Source: an uncultured bacterium (GTDB lineage Bacteria; Verrucomicrobiota; Kiritimatiellia; RFP12; UBA1067). Taken from it: a DNA stretch of 26,730 bases. The stretch lies in the NCBI GenBank assembly GCA_946401765.1, contig CAMIVJ010000001.1, forward strand, positions 1-26,730. Reading direction: 5' to 3'. The position numbers were made by a program, and so were the translations under genes. The notes below the pieces were generated by a model. It ran no database searches, was not told the DNA's origin, and worked only from the letters and a program-made list of their open reading frames with translations. This document shows positions 1 to 7,792 of the stretch, piece by piece. Within the stretch, counting starts at the first letter, position 1; every line of letters begins with the position of its first letter.

Positions 1-1
1 C

Positions 2-511
2 GTGGGCGGCGGGTCGAATGCGATGGGACTCTTCGCGGGATTCCTCGACGATCCTGAAGTGAAGCTCGTGGGCGTTGAGGCCGGCGGGAAGGGCGTTGCG
101 AGCGGCGAGCACGCGGCGTCGATAAACGGCGGGCGCCTCGGCGTGCTGCACGGCGCGAAGACGATGCTTCTGCAGACGGACGACGGGAACATCCTCGACA
201 CGTATTCCGTCTCGGCCGGGCTCGACTATCCCGGCGTGGGACCCGAGCACTGCCATCTGCACGACATCGGCCGCGCCGAGTACACGGTGATCGACGACGA
301 CGAGGCCATAGCCGCCTTCGACGCGCTCTGCCGCTTCGAGGGCATCATCCCTGCGCTCGAGTCGAGCCATGCCCTCGCCGAGGCCATCAAGCGCGCGCCG
401 AAGCTCGGCCGCGACAAGATACTTCTCGTCAATCTCTCGGGACGCGGCGACAAGGACATGGAGAACGTGATGAGGTACAAGGCGTCTCGCGCAACCTCGT
501 CACAGGTCTAA
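2..511 (+). CDS. trpB: Tryptophan synthase beta chain, C-terminal part (5' truncated by window)
   Basis: [45 protein letters not shown] and NLSGRGDKD motifs; directly upstream of trpA. Confidence 0.98.
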   Translation: MGGGSNAMGLFAGFLDDPEVKLVGVEAGGKGVASGEHAASINGGRLGVLHGAKTMLLQTDDGNILDTYSVSAGLDYPGVGPEHCHLHDIGRAEYTVIDDDEAIAAFDALCRFEGIIPALESSHALAEAIKRAPKLGRDKILLVNLSGRGDKDMENVMRYKASRATSSQV

Positions 512-537
512 CGCATTACGTCAAGAAAGGCATCAAG

Positions 538-1296
538 ATGAATACCCAAAGAATTACCAGCGCATTCGCAAAGGCTGAATCAGAAAACCGCGGCGCGTTC
601 GTGGCCTATCTCACGATCGGATTTCCAAGTCTCGACGAAAGCGAGAAGGCGATAGACGGCGTGATAGCGTCCGGCGCGGACATAGTGGAGCTTGGCGTGC
701 CGTTCTCCGATCCGTTCGCTGACGGCGGCGTGATACGCTCCGCCGCATACGAGGCGCTGAGGCAGGGCGTGACGATCGACCACGTGATAGCGCTCGCGAA
801 GCGCGTGCGCAAGCGCCATCCAGAAACGGGGCTCGTGCTCTTCTCGTACTACAACCTCATCTTCTCGAAGGGACTCGAGAAGTTTGCGGCGGAAGTGGCG
901 GACGCTGGAATCGACGCTGTGCTGGCGGTTGACCTTCCGCTCGAGGAGCGCGAGGAGCTGCTGCAGGTGCTGCGTCCGCACGGCATCGGCTACATTCCCC
1001 TCATCGCGCCCAACACGCCTATCGAGCGCGTTGAGGAGAGCGAGGCGGGGCTTGAGAACTCGTTCCTGTACGTGATCACCGTGATGGGCATCACCGGCGC
1101 GCGCGCGGAGCTGCCGAGCGATCTCGCCGGGCGCCTCGACAAGATACGCGCCGTCTCGAACCTTCCGGTGGCGGCAGGATTCGGCATCTCGACGAAGGCG
1201 CAGGCCGAGGAGGTGTGCCGCCATGCCGACGGATTCATCGTGGGCTCCGCGCTCGTGAAGCGCCTTGCCGAGGGGAAAGAGCCGTGCCTCGGCTGA
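538..1296 (+). CDS. trpA: Tryptophan synthase alpha chain (252 aa, short C-terminus)
   Basis: ELGVPFSDPFADGG (catalytic Glu/Asp), YYNLIF, VDLP, GITGAR, GFGIS, DGFIVGSALV; AAGAAAGG-type SD upstream. Confidence 0.97.
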   Translation: MNTQRITSAFAKAESENRGAFVAYLTIGFPSLDESEKAIDGVIASGADIVELGVPFSDPFADGGVIRSAAYEALRQGVTIDHVIALAKRVRKRHPETGLVLFSYYNLIFSKGLEKFAAEVADAGIDAVLAVDLPLEEREELLQVLRPHGIGYIPLIAPNTPIERVEESEAGLENSFLYVITVMGITGARAELPSDLAGRLDKIRAVSNLPVAAGFGISTKAQAEEVCRHADGFIVGSALVKRLAEGKEPCLG

Positions 1297-1901
1297 AGGT
1301 ATGCGGCATTGCCGACGCCGCGTTCGCCGTTGAGGCGGCGCGGCGCGGCGTCGACTGCCTGGGCCTGATCTTCGCCGAAGGCTCGCCAAGGCGGGTGACC
1401 GAGGAGCGGGCGCGGGAGATCGTGGGCGCAGTGCGCCAGGCTGGATTCTCGCCTCGGTTCGTGGGCGTATTCGTGAAGCATCCCGTCGCCGAGATCGCCG
1501 AGATTGCCTCTAACGTGGGATTTGAGGTGATCCAGCTTCATGGAGAATACAGTTCGGACGAAGTCGTATCCCTGAAGGCGCAGGGATACGAAGTATGGCG
1601 ACTGCATGGTCCTGCCACTGGGAGAACGGGCATCTTGCCCGTTGACTCGTGTGAAGACGCCGTGCTGCTCGACGGCCGGCGCGGAACCGAGAGCCATCGC
1701 GCCGACTGGTCGCTCGTGGCGCCGCTCAAGGCGGCCGGGCGGCGCGTGGTGCTCGCAGGTGGCATTTCCGCCGCCAACATCGCCGATGCGGCAGCGACTG
1801 GCGCCGACGTGATCGACGTCAATAGCGCGATAGAGTCCACGCCTGGCGTCAAGTCGCTGACTCTCCTAGACGAACTTCTCGCCGCGTGGAAATCAATGTA
1901 G
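1284..1901 (+). CDS. trpF: Phosphoribosylanthranilate isomerase (205 aa; GTG start at 1284 preferred over the track start at 1215)
   Basis: LKVCGI, LGLIFAEGSPRRV, VGVFV, IQLHG, LLDG, LAGGISAANI, IDVNSAIESTPGVK; AGGGG upstream of the GTG; 13-nt overlap with trpA. Confidence 0.93.
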   Translation: MPRLKVCGIADAAFAVEAARRGVDCLGLIFAEGSPRRVTEERAREIVGAVRQAGFSPRFVGVFVKHPVAEIAEIASNVGFEVIQLHGEYSSDEVVSLKAQGYEVWRLHGPATGRTGILPVDSCEDAVLLDGRRGTESHRADWSLVAPLKAAGRRVVLAGGISAANIADAAATGADVIDVNSAIESTPGVKSLTLLDELLAAWKSM

Positions 1902-1924
1902 GCCCTGGACCTCAGAGGTCCGGC
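1902..1924 (+). terminator. Hairpin immediately after trpF (possible terminator or RNA-stabilising stem, no U-tract)
   Basis: GGACCTC-A-GAGGTCC perfect inverted repeat at 1907-1921, flanked by GCC/GGC, starting 1 nt after the trpF stop. Confidence 0.4.
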
Positions 1925-1988
1925 TACGCCGCGATGATGCAAAATTTGTCGGGAATTGCTTTCTGTAGTATCTACAATGCCGCAGATG

Positions 1989-1997
1989 TGGTATAAT
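1989..1997 (+). promoter_or_regulatory. Extended -10 promoter (TGnTATAAT) for argJ, probably leaderless
   Basis: TGGTATAAT at 1989-1997; ATG 7 nt downstream; no SD; no consensus -35. Confidence 0.7.
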
Positions 1998-2004
1998 TTT
2001 CCTC

Positions 2005-3222
2005 ATGGGCATTCGTAGAATATCAGGCGGCGTGTGCGCCGCAAAGGGCTTCAGGGCTGCAGGCGTTCCCGCTCGCATCAAGTACGAGGGACGCAACGAC
2101 GTGGCCTTGATTGTATCCGACGCGCCTTGCGCGGCGGCGGCCATGTTCACCACGAACGCGGTGGCCGCGGCGCCGGTCGTGTACGACCGCGCGGTCGTGA
2201 AGGGCGGGCGCGTTCAGGCGATTCTCGCGAACAGCGGCTGCGCTAACGCGTGCACCGGCGAGGATGGGCTGCGCGACGCAGAGCTTTCTGCGCTCACGAC
2301 GGCGGGAGAGCTTGGAATCGATCCAGGGCACGTTCTTGTGGCCTCGACGGGCGTCATCGGGCGCCGTCTGCCGGTGGACAGGCTGCTTGCCGGCATGAAG
2401 GCGGCCGCGGCGAAGCTCGAGCGCTCCGATGCTGCCGGCCTCGCGGCCGAGCGCGCCGTGATGACCACCGACACGAAGCCCAAGGAGGCTGCGGTGCAGA
2501 CGAAGATCGGCGGCCGCACTGTCACCGTTGGCGGCATGTGCAAGGGCTCCGGCATGATCGAGCCCAACATGGCCACGATGCTCGGCTTCATAACGACGGA
2601 CGCCGCCGTGACGCCCGCCATGCTGCGGCGCGCGTTGAGGCTAGCAGTGGACGTGACGTTCAACCACGTGGTTGTCGATGGCGACGAATCGACGAACGAC
2701 AGCGTGTTCCTGCTCGCCTCGGGCGCGGCGGGGAACGCGTGCATAGACAAGGCGGGACCCGACTTCGACGCGTTCGTCGAGGCGCTGACTGCGGTGGGCG
2801 AGTCGCTCGCGCGCCAGATGGCGGCGGACGGCGAGGGCGCGACGAAGTTCGTGGAGGTGTGCGTGCGCGGCGCGAAGACGCGGCGCGACGCCGAGAGGGC
2901 CGCGCGCGCGATAGCGAAGAGCCCGCTCGCGAAGACGTCGTGGTTCGGCAAGGACCCCAACTGGGGACGCGTTCTCGCGGCGGCAGGCTACTCCGGCGCC
3001 GCGGTTGACGATCGCCGCGCCGAGGTCTTCTACGGCCGCACTTGGGCCTACCGCATGGGGCGCGTTGCCGATGCCGCCCAGCTCGCGAAGCTCGAAAAGG
3101 AGATGGCGGGGGCGTCCCTCAAGGTGACGGTGGACCTCCATCTTGGTGACTTCTCGGCCACGATATACACATGCGACTTCTCGCTCGACTACGTTCACAT
3201 CAATGCCGACTACACAACATAG
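2005..3222 (+). CDS. argJ: Glutamate N-acetyltransferase / ornithine acetyltransferase ArgJ
   Basis: FTTN, NSGCANACTG, STGVIG, MTTDT, KGSGMIEPNMA/TMLGF autocleavage site, VDGDESTND, DGEGATK, DPNWGR, YVHINADY end. Confidence 0.97.
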   Translation: MGIRRISGGVCAAKGFRAAGVPARIKYEGRNDVALIVSDAPCAAAAMFTTNAVAAAPVVYDRAVVKGGRVQAILANSGCANACTGEDGLRDAELSALTTAGELGIDPGHVLVASTGVIGRRLPVDRLLAGMKAAAAKLERSDAAGLAAERAVMTTDTKPKEAAVQTKIGGRTVTVGGMCKGSGMIEPNMATMLGFITTDAAVTPAMLRRALRLAVDVTFNHVVVDGDESTNDSVFLLASGAAGNACIDKAGPDFDAFVEALTAVGESLARQMAADGEGATKFVEVCVRGAKTRRDAERAARAIAKSPLAKTSWFGKDPNWGRVLAAAGYSGAAVDDRRAEVFYGRTWAYRMGRVADAAQLAKLEKEMAGASLKVTVDLHLGDFSATIYTCDFSLDYVHINADYTT

Positions 3223-4483
3223 CGTCAACGGCGAGAGAGTCTTCAGCGTCGCTCAGCTGACGATGTCGATAAGGAGGAATCTTCTCGCCAACAACGAGAA
3301 GATAGCGACCGTGTGGATAGAGGGCGAAGTCTCCGGCATGCGCATCTACCAGACGGGCCACAGGTACTTCTCGCTCAAGGACAAGGACGCCGTCATCAAC
3401 TGCGTTCTCTTCGCCTTCTGCGTGAACGGATGCGACGACGCCTTCAAGAGCGTGCTTGCCAAGGGCGATGCCGAGGCGAACGGGCTTAAGGTGCTGGTGC
3501 AGGGCGAGCTCGACCTCAACATGTCGCGCGGGCAGTACTCCTTCAAGGTGAAGAGGCTGAAGCTGAAGAAGGACGACATCGGCGAGCGGATGGCGCAGTT
3601 CAACGCGCTCAAGGCGAAGCTAGAGGCTGAGGGCCTGAACAAGCTCGACCATCCCGAGAGGCGTCGCGCGCTGCCGTTTCTGCCGCGGCGCATAGCGATC
3701 GTCACGTCTCCGGCCGGCGCTGTGATCCACGACATGTGCGACACGATCAACCGACGGTTCCCGAATGTGGAGATACGCCTCTATCCGGCGAAGGTGCAGG
3801 GGCAGGGAGCGGCTGAGAGCGTGGTGGCTGGAATACGGTTCTTCAACGGAGAGCTGGTTGGAAGCGACCCGGCGTGGCGGCCTGACGTGCTGATCGTGGC
3901 GAGGGGTGGAGGCTCCATGGAGGATCTTTGGGCCTTCAACGAGGAGGTGCTGGTGCGCGCGGTGGCGGCGAGCGGAGTGCCGGTGGTGTCGGCGGTGGGG
4001 CACGAGAGCGACGTGACGCTGTGCGACTACGCGGCCGACCTGCGGGCCGGCACGCCGTCCATCGCGGCCGAGCGCGTGGTGCCGGTGAAGGCGGAGCTCA
4101 TCGCGCGCGTGAAGGATCTCGCTTCACGCCTCAGGCGTTCGCCGATGGGGTTCGTGGAGAACCAGATGCAGCGCGTGGACGACCTTGCGCATCGTCTTGA
4201 GCTGGCGCCTGGCGGCGTGATCGCGCGCTGGGAGCGCCGCGCGGGGGAGCTGGCGGCCCGGCTGGCGCCGGCGGTCAAGGAGGCGCTTGCGCGGGCGGAT
4301 GGAAGGGTGCAGCGCGCCGCGCGCAGTCTCGAGCTGCTGAATCCGTACAGCGTGCTGGAGAGAGGGTATTCCATCACGTCCGGCGAGGACGGAAGGGTGG
4401 TGCGCGACGCGGCGGAGGTGCGAAGCGGCGAGAGGCTCGTGACGCGCCTCGCGAGCGGAACGGTGGAATCCGTGGCCGTGTAG
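3203..4483 (+). CDS. xseA: Exodeoxyribonuclease VII large subunit (426 aa; ATG 3203 preferred)
   Basis: FSVAQLT, VWIEGEVSG, GHRYFSLKD OB-fold, IAIVTSPAGAVIHD, ARGGGSMEDLWAFNEE, SAVGHESD, TPS, LLNPYSVLERGYSI; 20-nt overlap with argJ. Confidence 0.95.
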   Translation: MPTTQHSVNGERVFSVAQLTMSIRRNLLANNEKIATVWIEGEVSGMRIYQTGHRYFSLKDKDAVINCVLFAFCVNGCDDAFKSVLAKGDAEANGLKVLVQGELDLNMSRGQYSFKVKRLKLKKDDIGERMAQFNALKAKLEAEGLNKLDHPERRRALPFLPRRIAIVTSPAGAVIHDMCDTINRRFPNVEIRLYPAKVQGQGAAESVVAGIRFFNGELVGSDPAWRPDVLIVARGGGSMEDLWAFNEEVLVRAVAASGVPVVSAVGHESDVTLCDYAADLRAGTPSIAAERVVPVKAELIARVKDLASRLRRSPMGFVENQMQRVDDLAHRLELAPGGVIARWERRAGELAARLAPAVKEALARADGRVQRAARSLELLNPYSVLERGYSITSGEDGRVVRDAAEVRSGERLVTRLASGTVESVAV

Positions 4484-4500
4484 AGCAAGAGGAACTGCGC

Positions 4501-5322
4501 ATGAACAGATTCATTAGATTCATTCTTGAGAAGATGCGTCCGCACGTAGAGCGGCGCACAGGATTGGTGGCGTTCGCCGCGACCGACCGCGGCCTGGTGC
4601 GCCGCGACAACCAGGACTCCTTCGTGTGCGCCGCGTCTCACGCGTTCCTCTGCGTGGCCGACGGCATGGGCGGCGGCGCGGAGGGCGCCACGGCGAGCCG
4701 CTGGGCGTGCGAGGACCTTTCCGCTGCGTGCATGGCGGCGGGTGACGATCTGGACATGCGCGAGGAAGCCGTCTGCGATGCTCTGAAGGAAGTGAATTCG
4801 CGCATCCGCTCGTACGCGAAAGAGCACGGCTACAAGTCGATGGGCACCACCGTGGCCGGTCTCGTGGCGGGGCCTGGCGACGTGACGCTCGCCCGCATCT
4901 TCCACGCCGGCGACAGCCGAATCTACCGCTACCGCTATGGGCGGCTCGATCTTCTCACGCGCGACCACACCGTGGGAAGCGAGCTCGGCAACGCCATGGC
5001 CGCAGGCGACGACGCGCAGGCTCAGGCGCTAAAGGCGCGCAGCAACCCGCTCGCCCACATCCTCACGCGCGCCGTTGGCACGGAGATGATCGTGCGCCCC
5101 GAGTGGAAGACGGTGGACGTTCAGCGCGGCGACCGTTTTCTGCTGTGCTCGGACGGCGTGCACGACATGCTCGACGACGCCTCCATCTCATCCCTGCTCG
5201 CCTCCGCCGCCACGCCTCGAGTGGCCGTTGCCCGCATCGAGGCCGCGGTTCTCAAGGCAGGCGCGAACGACAACTACACCATACTCTGCGCGTACGCCGT
5301 TGCGCAGAGGTCCTCCCGCTGA
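4501..5322 (+). CDS. PP2C/PPM-family Ser/Thr protein phosphatase (Stp1/PrpC-like)
   Basis: TDRGLVRRDNQD, VADGMGG, MGTT, HAGDSRIY, LTRDH, LTRAVG, LLCSDG, GANDNYT; AGAGGA SD. Confidence 0.93.
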   Translation: MNRFIRFILEKMRPHVERRTGLVAFAATDRGLVRRDNQDSFVCAASHAFLCVADGMGGGAEGATASRWACEDLSAACMAAGDDLDMREEAVCDALKEVNSRIRSYAKEHGYKSMGTTVAGLVAGPGDVTLARIFHAGDSRIYRYRYGRLDLLTRDHTVGSELGNAMAAGDDAQAQALKARSNPLAHILTRAVGTEMIVRPEWKTVDVQRGDRFLLCSDGVHDMLDDASISSLLASAATPRVAVARIEAAVLKAGANDNYTILCAYAVAQRSSR

Positions 5323-5323
5323 C

Positions 5324-5372
5324 CCACGCCCCACGAACCACGAACCACGAATCACGCCCCACGAACCACGAA
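5324..5372. repeat. Tandem heptamer array, 7 units, consensus YCACGMM
   Basis: CCACGCC CCACGAA CCACGAA CCACGAA TCACGCC CCACGAA CCACGAA read directly; one extra TCACGAA at 5433-5439. Confidence 0.92.
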
Positions 5373-5398
5373 AATTCCCACCCTCTTCCATTTTCCCC

Positions 5399-5427
5399 TT
5401 GCATTTTCCCGCAAAAAGACCTATAAT
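5399..5427 (+). promoter_or_regulatory. Sigma70-type promoter
   Basis: TTGCAT (5399-5404) -N17- TATAAT (5422-5427), upstream of an AAGGA SD and ATG 5460. Confidence 0.8.
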
Positions 5428-5459
5428 CTTCATCACGAACTACCCAAAGAAGGAAAAAC

Positions 5460-6044
5460 ATGAAAAAGATTCTGATGGCTCTTTCCGTTGTGCTCGCATG
5501 CGCGGCCGTTTCCGCCCAGGACGCCACGCCGCCTCCCGCCGCGCCCGCTGGCACGGTCGTGGCCAAGACGCCCGCAACCAAGGCATCCTGGCCCGTGTGG
5601 CTTGCGTTCAACTCCGCCAAGGACATCGACGTCGTGGGCTTCCGCTTCACGCTGCCCTACGGCAGGTGCGAGGGCGTGACCGGCTTTGACATCGGCGTGT
5701 ACGGCAGCTGCCGCTATTTCGAAGGCGTGCAGGTGAACATCCTCCGCAACGAGGTGCAGGATGTGATGGCCGGCGGCCAGCTCGGCATCTATAACTCCGC
5801 CGGCCGCGCAGACTGCCTTGGCGTGCAGCTCGGCCTCTTCAACGAGGCGCGTTCGATCCGCGGCGTGCAGGTGGGCGTCATCAACCTCGCCGACAACCTC
5901 TACGGCATCCAGGTGGGCCTCATCAACCGCGCCGAGACGGCGTACGGATTCCAGGTTGGCGGCGTGAACGTGATCCGCGAGAGCGACCTCGCGTTCTGCC
6001 CGATCGTCAACATCGGCTTCGACAAGCTCACGCCGATGCTGTAA
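5460..6044 (+). CDS. Exported beta-repeat surface protein (LA_2272-like G-x-Q-x-G-x-x-N repeats)
   Basis: Signal peptide MKKILMALSVVLACAAVSA, Pro/Ala linker, about 7 repeats at roughly 15-aa spacing (e.g. GVQLGLFN, GVQVGVIN, GIQVGLIN, GFQVGGVN), PIVNIGF near the C-terminus. Confidence 0.75.
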   Translation: MKKILMALSVVLACAAVSAQDATPPPAAPAGTVVAKTPATKASWPVWLAFNSAKDIDVVGFRFTLPYGRCEGVTGFDIGVYGSCRYFEGVQVNILRNEVQDVMAGGQLGIYNSAGRADCLGVQLGLFNEARSIRGVQVGVINLADNLYGIQVGLINRAETAYGFQVGGVNVIRESDLAFCPIVNIGFDKLTPML

Positions 6045-6051
6045 AAGAGAC

Positions 6052-7257
6052 ATGAACATACATCCTTTTTCCGCAGTCCGCCCCACGCCAGCAGCAGTGC
6101 CGCGTGTGGCGGCTGTTCCTTATGATGTGGTGGACACCGCCGAGGCGCGTGCGCTTGCCGCCGGCAATCCCGACAGCTTCCTCCACGTGTCGCGCCCGGA
6201 AATAGACATGCCGGACGGCACCGACTGCTCTTCCGACGCGGCGTATGCCCAGGCCCGCAGGGCCTTCGACGCGCTGCGCGCCGCAGGCACTCTCGTGCAG
6301 GATCCCGAGCCGCGCTTCTACGCCTACCGCCAGACGATGGGCTCGCATGTGCAGACCGGTCTTGTCGCGACGTTCGACACGAAGGAGTATCTCGCCGGCA
6401 CCATCAAGCAGCACGAGAAGACTCGCCGCGACAAAGAGGACGACCGCACCCGCCACATCGAGATTCTCCGCGCCCACACCGGGCCCGCCTATCTCGCGTA
6501 TGCCGACGAGCCCGCGGTGGACGCCATCGTTGAGCGCGTGTGCGCCGCCGCGCCGCGCGACGACTTCGTCGCCCCAGACGGCATCCGCCACACGGTGTGG
6601 GATGTTCCAGCTTCCGAGAACGATGCGCTCGTCGCTGCATTCGCCAAGGTGCCCGCCGCATACATCGCAGACGGCCACCACCGCAGCGCGGCCGCAAGCC
6701 GCTACGCGCGAGAGAACGGCTTCGCCGGAGAGTCGCGCTGGTTCCTCGCCGTCGCATTCCCCGCATCGCAGCTCAAGATTCTTCCATACAACCGCCTCGT
6801 GGCGGATCTCAACGGCCTCACGCCCGAAGGGCTGCTCGCGAAGGCGCGCGAGGTGTTCACAGTGACGGAGGCCTCTGACGGCGCGCCCGCCGCGGGCCGT
6901 CATGCGCGCATGTTCCTCGGCGGGAGATGGTATGATCTTGCATGGGATATACCGGAGGGCGCGGACGTGGTGTCTTCCCTCGACGTCTCCGTTCTGCAGG
7001 ACCGCTTCCTCGCGCCCGTTCTGGGCATCGACGATCCCCGCACATCTCCGCGCATCTCGTTCATGGGCGGCGTTCGCGGGCTCGACGAGCTCAGCGGCAG
7101 AGTGGCCTCGGGCCGCGCGGCAGTCGCGTTCTCGATGTATCCTGTCACTGTTGGCGAGATGATGGCCATCGCCGACGCAGGCGCGATCATGCCGCCGAAG
7201 TCGACGTGGTTCGAGCCGAAGCTTCGTTCGGGACTTTTTGTGCATGTCGTGGATTAG
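6052..7257 (+). CDS. DUF1015 family protein
   Basis: PYDVV, SFLHVSRPEID, IKQHEKTRRDKEDDR, YIADGHHRSAAA, ILPYNRLV, DVSVLQ, IMPPKSTWFEPKLRSGLFVH. Confidence 0.9.
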   Translation: MNIHPFSAVRPTPAAVPRVAAVPYDVVDTAEARALAAGNPDSFLHVSRPEIDMPDGTDCSSDAAYAQARRAFDALRAAGTLVQDPEPRFYAYRQTMGSHVQTGLVATFDTKEYLAGTIKQHEKTRRDKEDDRTRHIEILRAHTGPAYLAYADEPAVDAIVERVCAAAPRDDFVAPDGIRHTVWDVPASENDALVAAFAKVPAAYIADGHHRSAAASRYARENGFAGESRWFLAVAFPASQLKILPYNRLVADLNGLTPEGLLAKAREVFTVTEASDGAPAAGRHARMFLGGRWYDLAWDIPEGADVVSSLDVSVLQDRFLAPVLGIDDPRTSPRISFMGGVRGLDELSGRVASGRAAVAFSMYPVTVGEMMAIADAGAIMPPKSTWFEPKLRSGLFVHVVD

Positions 7258-7792
7258 GCGCCATTGGAAACGTCTTCTCGTTCGCATTCTGCGCGAAAAG
7301 GCCCCGCCCACGTTCATTGCGCGAGGGTGGGCGATCGGCATGTTCTACGGCTGCACGATTCCGTTCGGCTTCCAGCTGCTGCTGTCGATCCCCACGGCGC
7401 TGATATTGCGCGGCAGCAAGCTTGGCGCCACGCTCGGCACGTTCGTCACGAACCATTTCACGATATTCGTGATCTATCCTGTCCAGTGCTGGCTGGGGAA
7501 CCGTCTGCTCGGCGGCAACCTCTCCTATGGACACATCGTGGCCGCGCTCAAGGAAGTGATTCAGGAGCAGAGCTGGGAGAGCGTGCTGCAGCTGGGCGGC
7601 GAGCTGCTGGAGGCATTCTTCCTCGGCGGGTTCGTGCTCGCGGCGGTCTGCGTGCCGCTCACGTATTTCGCGGTGCTCAGGTTCGTGAGCTTCAGCCGCG
7701 CTAGGCGAGAGGCGCGAATCGCGCGTCGCCGCGCCAAGCGCATAGCCCGCAGGGAGCACAAGGAGGCAAAAGTTGAAAGAAGAAAGAAGTGA
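7244..7792 (+). CDS. DUF2062 family membrane protein (182 aa; ATG 7244 preferred)
   Basis: PTFIARGWAIGMFYG, PFGFQ, GTFVTNHFT...IY pattern with hydrophobic segments and a basic tail; overlaps both neighbours. Confidence 0.8.
   Translation: MSWIRRHWKRLLVRILREKAPPTFIARGWAIGMFYGCTIPFGFQLLLSIPTALILRGSKLGATLGTFVTNHFTIFVIYPVQCWLGNRLLGGNLSYGHIVAALKEVIQEQSWESVLQLGGELLEAFFLGGFVLAAVCVPLTYFAVLRFVSFSRARREARIARRRAKRIARREHKEAKVERRKK

Noticed and set aside
1270-1296. Possible -1 frameshift at GGGGAAAG fusing TrpA to TrpF
   Set aside because: In the trpA frame the codons are GGG AAA, which does not fit X_XXY_YYZ or A_AAG; trpF has its own GTG and SD-like sequence.
1930-1990. ArgR ARG box upstream of argJ
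   Set aside because: No match to the TGMAT-N4-ATKCA consensus; TGCAAAATTTG is only superficially similar.
5324-5372. Repeat array as a CRISPR
   Set aside because: 7-nt tandem units with no spacers and no cas genes.
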